Assembly (NCBI GenBank): GCA_028817905.1
Contig: JAPPOR010000007.1
Coordinates: 3,502 to 62,452 of the forward strand
Direction of reading: 5' to 3'
From: Myxococcales bacterium
Lineage (GTDB): Bacteria; Myxococcota_A; Polyangia; Polyangiales; JAFGIB01
DNA: 58,951 bases
Shown: one piece after another, positions 19,478 to 29,480 of the stretch
Layout of the letters: each line of letters starts with the position of its first letter
Numbering within the stretch: position 1 is the first letter of the stretch
Program-made: the position numbers and the translations under genes
The notes under the pieces: generated by a model
Database searches by the model: none
What the model was told of the DNA's origin: nothing
The model's input: the letters and a program-made list of their open reading frames with translations, nothing else

Positions 19478-20746
19478 TCACAGACCCGCAAGCATGACTT
19501 CCGGATCGCGCTGGCGCGCCGCCGCCAGCGCCTGGCGAGCCTGATCCAGGTCTCCCCCTTGCTGATGCAAGCGCGCAAGATTGAGCCAAGGGTTCGGATC
19601 GCTCCTATCCAGATCGGCCGCCCTGGCCAACGAGAGGGCGGCTTCCTCGCGCCGGCCGAGCGCGGACAAGGCGGCACCCAAGCCGTTGTGGGCGGCACTG
19701 GCACTTCCGTCGCGGTCGATCGCACGCTCGAAGGCCCCAGCTGCTTCGCCAAAGTCCCCGGCTCTCATCAGCGCATTGCCCAACTTGAGATAGGCGTGGG
19801 CGCGCTCGGGTGCAAGCGCTATCGCAGCCCGAAAACGAACGATCGCCCGTGCCAGGTCACCTTCGACCACGTCGAGATCGCCCAGGACCAGAAGCGCCTG
19901 TGAATCTCCGTCGCCCATCGCGTGGGCGCGCTCCAAGTCTGCCACCGCCCCCACCCTGTCACCCAGCTCCAGGCGGCAGAGGGCAGCGCCGACAACCGCC
20001 GCCGAGCTGGTGGGGTCGAGACGTGCGGCGTTCAGGAACGCCGCGAGGGCCCGCTCGGCCTGCCCCCTCGCGCGCAGCACGCGGCCGCGGTTGAGGTGGC
20101 CATCCGAAAGCCGCCCATCGCGACGAACGGCGGCATCAAAAGCCGCCGCCGCGGCCGCCAGACGGCCGAGCGTTTCCAGCGCGATGCCGCGACGGTTGTG
20201 CAGCGCCGCGCTGTCCTCGCCCTCCCGTACCAGGCTATTGAGCAATGTCAGCGCGCGCTCCGCGTCAGCTTCGTCCAGGGACGCATCGACGAGCAGAACG
20301 CGCGCGCGCAGATGCTTCGGGTCCCGCCCGAGGGCGCGGCGAGCAAGCCGTTTGGCAGATCGGCGCCGGCCCGCGACCGCCTCCAGCGCACCCCGCAGGG
20401 CCAATGAATCCGCCGATTCACCAAGCAACCCCTCGGCCATATCGAGGCGCTGCAGCGCCCGTTCGCGGTCCCCTTTTTGCAGGTAGGACAGGGCACTCGT
20501 CAGATGCCGAAGCCCCCTCAACTCGTCGCTCTCGTGGAGACCGAGCGCCTCGTCCACGAACATACGGGCGCGATCTGCCTGCAAGTGCTGCAGTTCCGGC
20601 GCCGCCGTCGTGTTTGCATGCAGCAGGGAGCGCGCGCGCTCGGAAAGCGTCCGCGCCTCTTGACGGGCACGTACCTCGACGCCTGCGAAGAGCGCTCCCC
20701 CCACACCCACGGCAACTAGCGCCATATGGCTGGCTCTCCTCATCAT
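19478..20746 (-). CDS. Tetratricopeptide repeat protein with an N-terminal anchor
   Basis: Multiple 34-aa TPR units (ALHNRRGIALETLGR, AYLKLGNALMRAGD, AHNGLGAALSALGR). Confidence 0.85.
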   Translation of the reverse strand: MMRRASHMALVAVGVGGALFAGVEVRARQEARTLSERARSLLHANTTAAPELQHLQADRARMFVDEALGLHESDELRGLRHLTSALSYLQKGDRERALQRLDMAEGLLGESADSLALRGALEAVAGRRRSAKRLARRALGRDPKHLRARVLLVDASLDEADAERALTLLNSLVREGEDSAALHNRRGIALETLGRLAAAAAAFDAAVRRDGRLSDGHLNRGRVLRARGQAERALAAFLNAARLDPTSSAAVVGAALCRLELGDRVGAVADLERAHAMGDGDSQALLVLGDLDVVEGDLARAIVRFRAAIALAPERAHAYLKLGNALMRAGDFGEAAGAFERAIDRDGSASAAHNGLGAALSALGRREEAALSLARAADLDRSDPNPWLNLARLHQQGGDLDQARQALAAARQRDPEVMLAGL

Positions 20747-20809
20747 GCAACGGTGCTACGTCAATGTCCTCGTTCGGGTCAATTTTCTGGTCCGCCCACG
20801 AACGGGCTT

Positions 20810-20873
20810 CGGGATCGTGCATGACATCGTAGCCAGCTCGCTCGTCTTGGACTCCACAGAACTTTCGGCCGCC
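20810..20873. repeat. Degenerate tandem partial copy of the left part of the family 1 element
   Basis: GGATCGTGCATGACATCG..CTCCACAG..GGCCGCC parallels GGATCACGCATGACTTCG..CTCACAG..GGCCGCC immediately downstream. Confidence 0.5.
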
Positions 20874-20877
20874 GTAG

Positions 20878-21035
20878 CCCGGATCACGCATGACTTCGCT
20901 GCCGCTTCGCTTGTCCTTCAACTCACAGGTCCTTGGCCGCCCTAGAAAGTACGCGGAGTATTCCCGTCGGTCGTCGAAAGCCCTGTGAAGCCGAATCCCT
21001 GCGCGCCACGACGCAGAAGTCATGAATGATATGGG
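20878..21035. mobile_element. MITE-like repeat, family 1, copy B (both inverted ends present)
   Basis: Left CCCGGATCACGCATGACTTC and right GAAGTCATGAATGATATGGG are 16/20 inverse-complementary; flanked by GTAG and CTGG. Confidence 0.7.
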
Positions 21036-21071
21036 CTGGCCCGGTCCGCCGGCATTCGGTATTCATGCAAT

Positions 21072-21818
21072 ATGGGCAAGTGGCTGCGGATGGCGATCGC
21101 GGGTTTGGCCCTACTGTGGGCACCGTTTCTCTACAAAGAGTGGACGCGCGGGGAGCCTGCGACAGAGGCCGACAGTGTACGCCAGGCCGACGCCGATCTG
21201 GAGGACGACGACGAGGAACTCGAGGAGGAGCCTGTCCAGGTCGCCCCCATGCCTGCCCATCCACCAGTCCAGGACGAGCCCACAACACCTGCCGGTGAGG
21301 AACAGCCCGCCGAGGTCGCGCACGCGCCGAACGGACCCCAGGCGGCGCCTCCCCAACGCGACGCTCCCTCCGCCCAACCGGCAGACGCGCCCGAGAGCGC
21401 CGACGACACACCGGAAGCCTCCGCGGAGGACGGCGACGAGGACCGCGCACAGGCGGGCCTGCTGGCAGCGATGCCCGCGTCGGGACCGGTCGCCCTGCTC
21501 AAGGGGGTATTCGAGGGGGAGACCCGAGACTCACTGTGGGCCACCGATCGCGAAGCTTTTCTCACGGGGCTGATGACCGATACCGGCTTCCCTGCGGAAG
21601 CCATCGATGAGGTTTCGTGCATGCGAACCGTGTGTCGCCTGGGACTCGCCGTGGGCACCGAAGACCTGGCAGCGATGAGCAATGCGTTCAAGGAGCTGCA
21701 AAACAAGCACGGCTCCAGCGTGGCGGTGCAACCGGGTGTCACGACGGACGACGCAACGCCGATCATCGTGTACGTACCCCGGGAAGGTTATTCCCTCAGC
21801 GATTTGGCAAAGAAGTAA
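21072..21818 (+). CDS. Hypothetical membrane-anchored protein with acidic/Pro-rich linker
   Basis: N-terminal TM, D/E/P/A-rich linker, and a C-terminal globular part with ETRD..WA and CMRTVC. Confidence 0.75.
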   Translation: MGKWLRMAIAGLALLWAPFLYKEWTRGEPATEADSVRQADADLEDDDEELEEEPVQVAPMPAHPPVQDEPTTPAGEEQPAEVAHAPNGPQAAPPQRDAPSAQPADAPESADDTPEASAEDGDEDRAQAGLLAAMPASGPVALLKGVFEGETRDSLWATDREAFLTGLMTDTGFPAEAIDEVSCMRTVCRLGLAVGTEDLAAMSNAFKELQNKHGSSVAVQPGVTTDDATPIIVYVPREGYSLSDLAKK

Positions 21819-21825
21819 GCGACCT

Positions 21826-22056
21826 ATGATCGAACCACAAGCACTTGAGCAGACCCTCCGAGACGCGTTCCCCGACGCGACCACACTGGAGGTGAAAGAC
21901 CTGACCGGGACCAAGGACCACTACCAGGCGGTCATCGTGACCCCCTCGTTCGCGGGTCGGACCCGCGTCGAACAACACCAGATGGTCTACGCTGCGCTGG
22001 GCGATCTCATGGACGGGCCCGTACACGCCCTGGCCCTAGAAACGCGCGCAGAATGA
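21826..22056 (+). CDS. bolA: BolA family protein
   Basis: DHYQAVIV..FAGRTRVEQHQMVYAALG..VHALAL signature. Confidence 0.93.
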   Translation: MIEPQALEQTLRDAFPDATTLEVKDLTGTKDHYQAVIVTPSFAGRTRVEQHQMVYAALGDLMDGPVHALALETRAE

Positions 22057-22066
22057 GCACCGCGGA

Positions 22067-22120
22067 ACTTCACTTCGCGATGCTACTTCACTTCGCGATG
22101 CTACTTCACTTCGCGATGCT
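22067..22120. repeat. Perfect tandem repeat, 3 x 18 bp (ACTTCACTTCGCGATGCT)
   Basis: Three identical units read directly; the unit includes the stop codon of the convergent gene. Confidence 0.95.
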
Positions 22121-22366
22121 ATCGATGGTGGCTTCGCCGCCCGAGCGAACCTCGAGGCGGTAGCAGCTGTTGGCCGTCTGCAAAAAGAAGACGTCGCCCC
22201 CAACCAACCGCAGGACCCGCTTTACAGGCGTCGTGACGTATTCGTGCAGGCCGTCCGGGAACTCAATGACAACCACGGAACCGGCTCGAGGCGCCCGGAC
22301 CAGGCGACCCGCTACGACTCGGCCGCCTCGGCGACCCATTTTGCGAAGCACGACGTCCACCAACAC
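22106..22366 (-). CDS. Small hypothetical protein (~86 aa)
   Basis: Beta-rich, protein-like sequence (EYVTTPVKRVLRL..FFLQTANSCYRLEV); start uncertain, the longer ORF call overlaps the upstream gene. Confidence 0.6.
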   Translation of the reverse strand: MLVDVVLRKMGRRGGRVVAGRLVRAPRAGSVVVIEFPDGLHEYVTTPVKRVLRLVGGDVFFLQTANSCYRLEVRSGGEATIDSIAK

Positions 22367-22530
22367 GAAGCTAGCACAGGCGCTGCAGCCAGCAAAGCGA
22401 CTTCGGCGGTCTTCTCGCTGCAAAATTGTGGAAATACCAATTTCGGTAAGGCTATGTGGCAGCCTTCCCGAGGGCCCCAGCGAGTGCGTCCCAAGTCTGC
22501 CTCCCGCGGCCACCTCCATCATTTCGGCAG

Positions 22531-23613
22531 TCACTTGAGGGTGAAGCGGATCGAGATCAGTAGGTGCTTGGCAGACAGTCGCGTTCGCAGGCTCCTCAGG
22601 CGCGGACCGACACACGTCTCCAGCGGACCCGCCGGTAGGTTCGTTCCCGACACTCTCGCCCACAGGACCTCCGGCCATTGGCGACCGCGCCGGAACCTTA
22701 GCCTGACATCCCCGGTCCCTTTTAGGCCCTGGGCCGCCGAGCACGTGGCCAGATCCCGCAGGACCGCCCCCGCACGCAGCTCCAGTGGCTTGTCCCGTGG
22801 ACACGGGTACCTCCCCTGTTCCTGTTCTACGCCCACGCAACGCAGATAGGCGACCCGCCCCAACTTGAAGGGGCTGTTCTGGGCCTGACCGACGGCCGAA
22901 GCCCCCTTCTTGACGGCGGGCGCAGTCGGCCCCGGACCACCAGGCCCTCCGCTCGGCGGGCCGCCAACGCCCGCCAAGCCGATACGGGACCCGGAGACAG
23001 CCGGTCTTCGGCCCGCCGCCTCAGCAGCCGGAGGTTGTGGGGCATGCCGCTGTTCCCGATGGGGTCGAGCGGGAGGGGCCGATGGCCGAGCCGCGACCGT
23101 CCTCGGGGCCGGACTCGAGGAGGGGCGTATGGTTACCACCGGCTTCCGTATGGTCACCACCGGCCTCTGTGGAGGCGGGGGCACTGGAGATGGAGAAGCG
23201 GCCGCCGGCGCGGACCGTTGGCCTGGCCTATCCCTAAGCTCCACCCCGAGGTCTGCCCCAGGTGCCACCTTGGTCCCAGATGCGGACGGGGGCAATGTAG
23301 GGGCCTGTGAGACCTCGTGGGCTTGTGTCGCTGGGGCCTTCGATCCCGAACCGAGCGACTCCCGCGGTCGTGCTGCGATGCGCTCCTCATCATGGTCCGT
23401 GCCGGCCGCCTGCTTGGACACCGGGTCGGCCACGGGCTTGGACACCGGCTCGGCCACCGGCGAAGCGGGTGACGGAGCCGGCCGGGTTCGCTCCGCACTC
23501 CAGCTGGCCAGACCGAGACCGGCAAATACGCCAAAGGCAGCGATCAAGACGAGCTCTCCCACTCGTGCCCGATCCTCATGGCGTGCAGCGGTCTCGAAGC
23601 GGGCCCGTTTCAC
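22531..23613 (-). CDS. Hypothetical membrane-anchored Pro/Ala-rich protein with a Cys-containing C-terminal domain
   Basis: One N-terminal TM, long low-complexity linker with short internal duplications (PVSK x2, PVVTIR x2), and four Cys in the C-terminal domain. Confidence 0.65.
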   Translation of the reverse strand: MKRARFETAARHEDRARVGELVLIAAFGVFAGLGLASWSAERTRPAPSPASPVAEPVSKPVADPVSKQAAGTDHDEERIAARPRESLGSGSKAPATQAHEVSQAPTLPPSASGTKVAPGADLGVELRDRPGQRSAPAAASPSPVPPPPQRPVVTIRKPVVTIRPSSSPAPRTVAARPSAPPARPHREQRHAPQPPAAEAAGRRPAVSGSRIGLAGVGGPPSGGPGGPGPTAPAVKKGASAVGQAQNSPFKLGRVAYLRCVGVEQEQGRYPCPRDKPLELRAGAVLRDLATCSAAQGLKGTGDVRLRFRRGRQWPEVLWARVSGTNLPAGPLETCVGPRLRSLRTRLSAKHLLISIRFTLK

Positions 23614-23726
23614 TTATCACTGGATACCTCAATCACCACCCCTGCCGCCACTTCCGACCGCGCTTCGAAGCGTCCCCTTGACCGGCTCCTGGCAAGGGGC
23701 GCAAGGTCTTCGCCACAAAGGACCGA

Positions 23727-25586
23727 TTGATGCCAGATCACAGCTTCACCGAGGCACTCGCGCGCGGCGGCTTGGTGCTAGACGGGGCGATGGGCACGGC
23801 GCTGTACGAGCGTGGGGTGCTCTATACGGCCTGTTTCGAGCAGCTATGTGTGACCCAGCCCGACCTTGTCCGCCAAGTGCACCGCTGTCACCTGGAAGCA
23901 GGCGCACGTGTGCTCGGCACCAATACCTTTGGAGCGAACCGCTACCGCCTAGAGCGCCATGGCTTGTCCGAGAATGTGGAGGCGTTCAATCGGGCTGCGG
24001 TGACCATTGCCCGCGCGGAGGCCGACGGGCGCGCATTTGTGGCTGGGGCTGTGGGCCCCACCGGCCTGCTGATCCGGGCCACTGAGCAAGCGGAGCTGTC
24101 CGGCATGCGCGCAGCCTTCGAGGAACAGATCGGCGTGCTCGCGGAGGCCAGCGTTGACGCACTCGTGCTCGAGACGTTTCGGCAGCCGCGGGAAATCGAG
24201 CTAGCCCTAGCAGCAGCCCGAACCGCTGCGCCATCGGTCCCGACAATCGCGTGCGTGTCTTTCGATCCACTCGGAACCACGGCAGACGGTTCCGGACCCG
24301 AAGAGGTCGCCCAGTTGCTGGCCGACTGGGGAGCCACCGCGATCGGCGTCAACTGTGCCGACGGCCCGGCCGGGGTCTACGAGATGGTGACTCGCATGGC
24401 GGGGCCCGGGTTGCCGCTTGTGGCGCAACCCAACGCGGGTTTGCCCCAGCGCATCGAGGGGCGCTTCGCCTACATGGCGACGCCCGAGTACTTCCAGCTG
24501 TACGCCCGGAGGCTCTTCAAGGCCGGAGTCAAAGCCGTCGGCGGCTGCTGCGGCACCAACGCCGAGCACGTCCGCAAAGTGGCGGCCGCGGCGCGGATGC
24601 TCGGCAGCGGCGGCACGGAAGATCCCGGCGGTGGGATGCGCGATGACGAGGCTTCGGAGCCCGTCGCGCCGCCGGGCGTCACGGTTGTCGAGACCGCCGA
24701 CAAGGGAACCGTCGGCGCGCGTCTCGGCCGCGAGTTCGTGGTCTCCGTTGAAATCAACCCACCTCCCGGCCTATCGCTTGCCAAGGCTCTGGCCGGCGCC
24801 CAACTGCTCAAGGACGCCGGCATCGACATGGTCAACGTGACCGACGGCGCGCGAGCAGCCGCGCGCATGGGCAATCTGGCGCTTTGCCACCGCATCCAGG
24901 AGGAAGTCGGCATTCCCGCGATGATGCACGTCACCACGCGCGACCGGAACTTGCTGGGCCTGCTTGCGCACGTACTCGCCGCCCACGAGCTCGGGGTCCA
25001 CAACCTGGTTGTCATCACTGGCGACCCGCCGAAGATGGGTGACCTACCGGACGCCACGCCCGTCTACGACCTGGATTCCATCGGTCTGCTGCGACTGCTC
25101 CGCGGCTTGAACCATGGCCTCGACCCGGGCGGCAAGTCGCTCGGCGGCGCCACCCGATTTCTGTGTGCCACCGGCGCGGAGCCGGCAGCAGGCGACTACG
25201 AGCGAGAACTGTCGCGGCTACGCAAGAAGGCCGATGCAGGCGCCGAGTTCGTCATGACCCAGCCAGTCTACGACAGCGCCGTACTCGACCGCTTTTTGCG
25301 GGACGTCGAACCGCTGGGACTGCCCGTCCTGGTAGGTCTGCTACCACTGGCAAACCACCGCAATGCCGAGTTCTTGCACAACGAGGTTCCGGGTATGCGT
25401 GTGCCGGATTCCATCCGTGCCCGCATGCGAAAGGCACAAGGCCCCGCGCAAGCCCGCGCCGAAGGCGTGGCGATCGCTCGCGAGATGCTCACAGAGGTCA
25501 AAGCTCGCGTACAGGGCGCCTATATCATGCCTCCGTTTGGGCGCTACCAGCTCGCGGTGGATGTGGTGAAGGGAATCGTGCGTTGA
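23727..25586 (+). CDS. yitJ: Bifunctional homocysteine S-methyltransferase / 5,10-methylenetetrahydrofolate reductase
   Basis: LDGAMGT, GVNC and GGCCGT in the HMT domain; RDRN, ITGDPP, TQPVYD and LHNEVPG in the MTHFR domain. Confidence 0.93.
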   Translation: MMPDHSFTEALARGGLVLDGAMGTALYERGVLYTACFEQLCVTQPDLVRQVHRCHLEAGARVLGTNTFGANRYRLERHGLSENVEAFNRAAVTIARAEADGRAFVAGAVGPTGLLIRATEQAELSGMRAAFEEQIGVLAEASVDALVLETFRQPREIELALAAARTAAPSVPTIACVSFDPLGTTADGSGPEEVAQLLADWGATAIGVNCADGPAGVYEMVTRMAGPGLPLVAQPNAGLPQRIEGRFAYMATPEYFQLYARRLFKAGVKAVGGCCGTNAEHVRKVAAAARMLGSGGTEDPGGGMRDDEASEPVAPPGVTVVETADKGTVGARLGREFVVSVEINPPPGLSLAKALAGAQLLKDAGIDMVNVTDGARAAARMGNLALCHRIQEEVGIPAMMHVTTRDRNLLGLLAHVLAAHELGVHNLVVITGDPPKMGDLPDATPVYDLDSIGLLRLLRGLNHGLDPGGKSLGGATRFLCATGAEPAAGDYERELSRLRKKADAGAEFVMTQPVYDSAVLDRFLRDVEPLGLPVLVGLLPLANHRNAEFLHNEVPGMRVPDSIRARMRKAQGPAQARAEGVAIAREMLTEVKARVQGAYIMPPFGRYQLAVDVVKGIVR

Positions 25587-26440
25587 GGTTCACTCGGCTG
25601 GTGCTCGTCGGTTTCCTGTCGATCTGGGGTGGCTGCCAACGCTCCGGCTTCACCCCCACGCACGTCTTTCCCGACGCCGCGTCGCTTTTGGCCCATCACG
25701 AGGGGCCGCGCCGGGCCCTGTCGTCGATTCAAGCGGAAGCCCGGGTGGACCAGCGGGGGAACCAAGGCCGAGTACGCGGGACGGTTCTGATGTTCGTGGA
25801 ACGTGTGGGCCATGTGCGCTTCGACGTCATGACCCAGTTCGGGCCTGTACTCACCCTCACGAGCGACGGGCAACGGTTTGCACTTGCCGACATGCGCGAC
25901 AAAACGTTCACGACCGGCCCCGCATGCCCGAGCAACATCGCGCGCCTGCTCGGTATGCCGGTGTCCGCAACCCAGGCAGCCGGACTGCTGCTGGGAGGCG
26001 CCCCCGAGCTTGCGGCTTCGACCACGGCGGGAAGCGATGCAGGTTCGCAGACCCACCAGATCGAGTGGAAGCCCGAACCGGGCAGCTACCTGATCACGCG
26101 CAAGGTGGGCAAGCTGATCGCTCAAATGGAGTTGTCTCTACGCCCCGAAGACCGCGCCGTCCCCCTCGCTGGGCAGCGCTTCAGGCTATCCCGCTCTTCG
26201 CTCGAAAGCGCCAGCGGGCACGTCTTCTGGCGCGCTGAATACAACGACTACCGGGAGGTTCAGCAGGCAGATGGCACCCGCTTCGAGGTACCGTTCCACC
26301 TGCGTGTGGTGCAGCCAGCCACGGAGACCGATACCCTCGTGCGCTTCCAGGAGGTCATTCCCAATCCAGAGATTCCCGGCGGAGCGTTCGCCCAACGAAC
26401 GCCGGCCGGAGTCGCCACGGTGGAGTCGCCCTGTGAATGA
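25583..26440 (+). CDS. Lipoprotein, LolA/LolB-like fold (DUF4292-like)
   Basis: TTG start overlapping the yitJ stop; signal ending IWGGC; RFDVMTQFG..LTSDGQRF pattern. Confidence 0.6.
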   Translation: MRFTRLVLVGFLSIWGGCQRSGFTPTHVFPDAASLLAHHEGPRRALSSIQAEARVDQRGNQGRVRGTVLMFVERVGHVRFDVMTQFGPVLTLTSDGQRFALADMRDKTFTTGPACPSNIARLLGMPVSATQAAGLLLGGAPELAASTTAGSDAGSQTHQIEWKPEPGSYLITRKVGKLIAQMELSLRPEDRAVPLAGQRFRLSRSSLESASGHVFWRAEYNDYREVQQADGTRFEVPFHLRVVQPATETDTLVRFQEVIPNPEIPGGAFAQRTPAGVATVESPCE

Positions 26441-27401
26441 TGACCATGAACGCTTTCGGCCCGCTTCAACGCGTGTATCGCCCCGTTTCGCCGGTGTACC
26501 CACGTTCCTTCGCCTGCCACAACATGACGATCCGGCGGACGTCGACGTCCTGATTTGCGGCGCGCCCTTTGATGGTGGAACGACCTACCGGCCCGGTGCA
26601 CGCTTCGGCCCCCGTGGGGTACGGACTGCCAGTGCCCTCACGCGGGGCTTTCACCCCGACACGCGGGTCGACGTCTTCTCCGCGCTACGGTGCGCGGACG
26701 GAGGCGATGTCGGCTGCATTCCAATGGATCTCGACCGGAGCCTTGCAGCCATCGAAGAGCGAGCGCTTTCGATCGCACAAGCCCAAGCCTGCCCAATCTT
26801 CGTTGGTGGCGACCACACGATCTCGCTTGCACCCCTGCGTGCGCTTTCCAAGGTCTTTGGACCGCTCGGCCTGGTCCACTTCGACGCGCACTCCGACACG
26901 TTCGGGCCGGCCTGGGATGTCGATGTCCACCATGGCACAGTATTCCGCCATGCGCTCGAGGAAGGTCTGCTGCGGGCGCGCGACGTTGTACAGATTGGCA
27001 TCCGAGGCCCGTTCACGAGCCCGGACGATCTTGACTACGCGCGCTCTGCTGGATTTCGCATCATTGGCATGGACGAGATCCGGGAAGACATCGCTGCGGT
27101 GGAGCGCCACATCGAGGCCCTGTCCGAATGCGGGCCCTTCTACGTCAGCTTCGACATGGACGCGGTCGATCCCGTCTTCGCGCCCGGAACGGGCACGCCG
27201 GTGCCCGGTGGACTCAACAGCTATGAAGCGCTGCGCCTCGTGCGCGCCTGCCGACATGTGAAAATCGTGGGGGGGGATGCCGTGGAGATCTCGCCGGATC
27301 ACGACCCTTCTGGTAACACCACGCTGCTGGCAGCCACGTTGATCGCCGAACTTCTTGCTGCGATCGGCTATCGTCGCGGCGAGCCAGACACGACGTGCTG
27401 A
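26433..27401 (+). CDS. speB: Agmatinase / ureohydrolase
   Basis: RPGARFGP, GGDH, DAHSD, SFDMDAVDP..APGTGTP; GTG start overlapping the upstream stop. Confidence 0.9.
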   Translation: MNDDHERFRPASTRVSPRFAGVPTFLRLPQHDDPADVDVLICGAPFDGGTTYRPGARFGPRGVRTASALTRGFHPDTRVDVFSALRCADGGDVGCIPMDLDRSLAAIEERALSIAQAQACPIFVGGDHTISLAPLRALSKVFGPLGLVHFDAHSDTFGPAWDVDVHHGTVFRHALEEGLLRARDVVQIGIRGPFTSPDDLDYARSAGFRIIGMDEIREDIAAVERHIEALSECGPFYVSFDMDAVDPVFAPGTGTPVPGGLNSYEALRLVRACRHVKIVGGDAVEISPDHDPSGNTTLLAATLIAELLAAIGYRRGEPDTTC

Positions 27402-27410
27402 CGGTGTTTC

Positions 27411-28454
27411 ATGTCCACTGCCCCCCCTCACTCCGAACCGCTGCTCGAAATCGTCGATCTCGTGTCCGAGTTTACGACCGATCACGGGCCCCTCAAAGCC
27501 GTTGATGGCGTGAGCCTCACCGTCACGCGCGGTGGCACCCTGGGGATCGTGGGAGAGAGTGGATGTGGCAAGAGCGTGCTCGCCATGTCGATCATGGGCC
27601 TGCTACCCGATCCACCAGGCCGGATCAGGCGCGGTGTCATTCGCTTCGATGGTCAGGACCTACGAAAACTGGAACCGGTCGAGCTGCGACGCATGCGAGG
27701 CAACCGGATCGCCATGATCTTTCAGGAGCCGATGTCCTCGCTCAACCCGGTGTATACGGTGGGGCAGCAGATCACCGAAGCCATGCGCTTACATCAGCGG
27801 CTCAGCGCGCAGCAGGCCCGCAAAAAGGCGATCGAGTTGCTCCAACGTGTTGGAATTCCGGCAGCCGAGACCCGCATCGACGCCTACCCGTACGAGCTTT
27901 CGGGCGGCATGCGTCAACGCGTCATGATCGCCATGGCTATCAGTTGCGAGCCTGATCTGCTGATCGCCGACGAGCCCACCACGGCGCTCGACGTCACCAT
28001 CCAAGCGCAGATCCTCCAGTTGCTTGCCAATCTCCAAGAAGAACGGGGAATGAGTATCATCATGATCACCCATGACCTGGGCGTGATCGCGGAGTTCGTC
28101 GATGAGGTTCTCGTCATGTACGCGGGCAAGGCCGTCGAACGGTCGAAGACAGTCGACCTGTTCGAGACCCCGCAACATCCCTATACGCGGGGTCTGCTCG
28201 CGAGTGTCCCGCGGGACGTCCGCCGCACGTCCGCGGGCCGCGTTCGCCTACCCACGATCGAAGGGGTGGTCCCGGACTTGCGCGATCTGAAGGAGGGCTG
28301 CCGATTTCGGGACCGTTGCCCCGATGCCATGGCCCGATGCGCCGAGTCGGAGCCGCCCTTTGAAGAAATCACTCCGGGGCGCTGGGCAGCGTGCTACTAC
28401 CCAGGACAGCCTGACCCCAACCAGGCGCGACCCGCGGCCGGAGCAGGCGAATGA
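27411..28454 (+). CDS. oppD: Oligo/dipeptide ABC transporter ATP-binding protein
   Basis: [28 protein letters not shown] and C-terminal Cys cluster. Confidence 0.92.
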   Translation: MSTAPPHSEPLLEIVDLVSEFTTDHGPLKAVDGVSLTVTRGGTLGIVGESGCGKSVLAMSIMGLLPDPPGRIRRGVIRFDGQDLRKLEPVELRRMRGNRIAMIFQEPMSSLNPVYTVGQQITEAMRLHQRLSAQQARKKAIELLQRVGIPAAETRIDAYPYELSGGMRQRVMIAMAISCEPDLLIADEPTTALDVTIQAQILQLLANLQEERGMSIIMITHDLGVIAEFVDEVLVMYAGKAVERSKTVDLFETPQHPYTRGLLASVPRDVRRTSAGRVRLPTIEGVVPDLRDLKEGCRFRDRCPDAMARCAESEPPFEEITPGRWAACYYPGQPDPNQARPAAGAGE

Positions 28455-29449
28455 GCACCCCGCTCCTGTCAGTGCGAGATCTGAGCACCCACTTCCCGGT
28501 TCGCAAGGGACTGTTTGGCCGGGGTACTCAGGTGGTCCGGGCGGTGGATGGGATCACTTTCGAACTGCCCCATGGGGAGACGCTCGGGCTGGTCGGCGAG
28601 TCTGGCTGCGGCAAGAGCACCCTCGGCCGCACCGTGCTGCGCCTGCTCAGTCCGACATCGGGGCACATCGAGTTCGAGGGAACCGACATCACCCACATGC
28701 CCCAGGCCGATCTTCGACCCCTGCGGCGACGAATGCAGATCGTCTTTCAGGATCCGTTCGGGTCCCTCAATCCGCGCATGACCGTGAGGGCTGCCATCGG
28801 CGAAGCGATGCGGATCCATCGACTCGCTTCCGGACCCGAAGACGAGCGCAAGCGTGTCGCCGCGCTGATGGAGCGGGTTGGGCTGCGGCCCGACACGATG
28901 GAGCGCTACCCACACGAGTTCTCCGGGGGACAGCGTCAACGGATCGGAATTGCGCGCGCACTGGCGGTCGAGCCCAAGCTGATTGTGGCGGACGAGCCTG
29001 TGAGCGCCCTGGACGTCTCGATCCAGGCCCAGATCGTGAACCTACTGATGGACCTCCAGGACGATCTGGGGATCGGTTTTCTGTTTATCGCTCACGACTT
29101 GAAGGTGGTCGAGCACGTCAGCCACCGCGTGGCGGTCATGTACCTCGGACGGATCGTTGAATTGGCTAGCTCCGAAGCGCTCGTGGGGGATCCTAAGCAT
29201 CCCTACACGCGAGCGCTGCTGGCGGCCGTGCCCGAAGCACGACCACGCGCGAAGCGGGAAAAGCGCCGATTGCTCACCGGCGACGTGCCCAGTCCGATCG
29301 CCCCACCGCCGGGTTGCCCCTTTCACCCGCGCTGCCCGATCGCCGAGCCAGACCGTTGTGCGCGCGAAGTCCCTCGCTTGCGCGCACTCGCCGATGGCAG
29401 GCAGGTGGCCTGTCACCTGGCGGACGAAGGCCACGCCAGCGATGCTTGA
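28451..29449 (+). CDS. oppF: Oligo/dipeptide ABC transporter ATP-binding protein
   Basis: [37 protein letters not shown]. Confidence 0.92.
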   Translation: MSTPLLSVRDLSTHFPVRKGLFGRGTQVVRAVDGITFELPHGETLGLVGESGCGKSTLGRTVLRLLSPTSGHIEFEGTDITHMPQADLRPLRRRMQIVFQDPFGSLNPRMTVRAAIGEAMRIHRLASGPEDERKRVAALMERVGLRPDTMERYPHEFSGGQRQRIGIARALAVEPKLIVADEPVSALDVSIQAQIVNLLMDLQDDLGIGFLFIAHDLKVVEHVSHRVAVMYLGRIVELASSEALVGDPKHPYTRALLAAVPEARPRAKREKRRLLTGDVPSPIAPPPGCPFHPRCPIAEPDRCAREVPRLRALADGRQVACHLADEGHASDA

Positions 29450-29480
29450 CCCGGTGCCTGGGGATCGGTAGACCTGCGCG

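Noticed and set aside
22067-22120. CRISPR array
   Set aside because: Units are contiguous 18-mers with no spacers, and there are no cas genes
23614-23726. SAM riboswitch upstream of yitJ
   Set aside because: Only a TTATCA resemblance; the conserved SAM-I core and terminator are not seen
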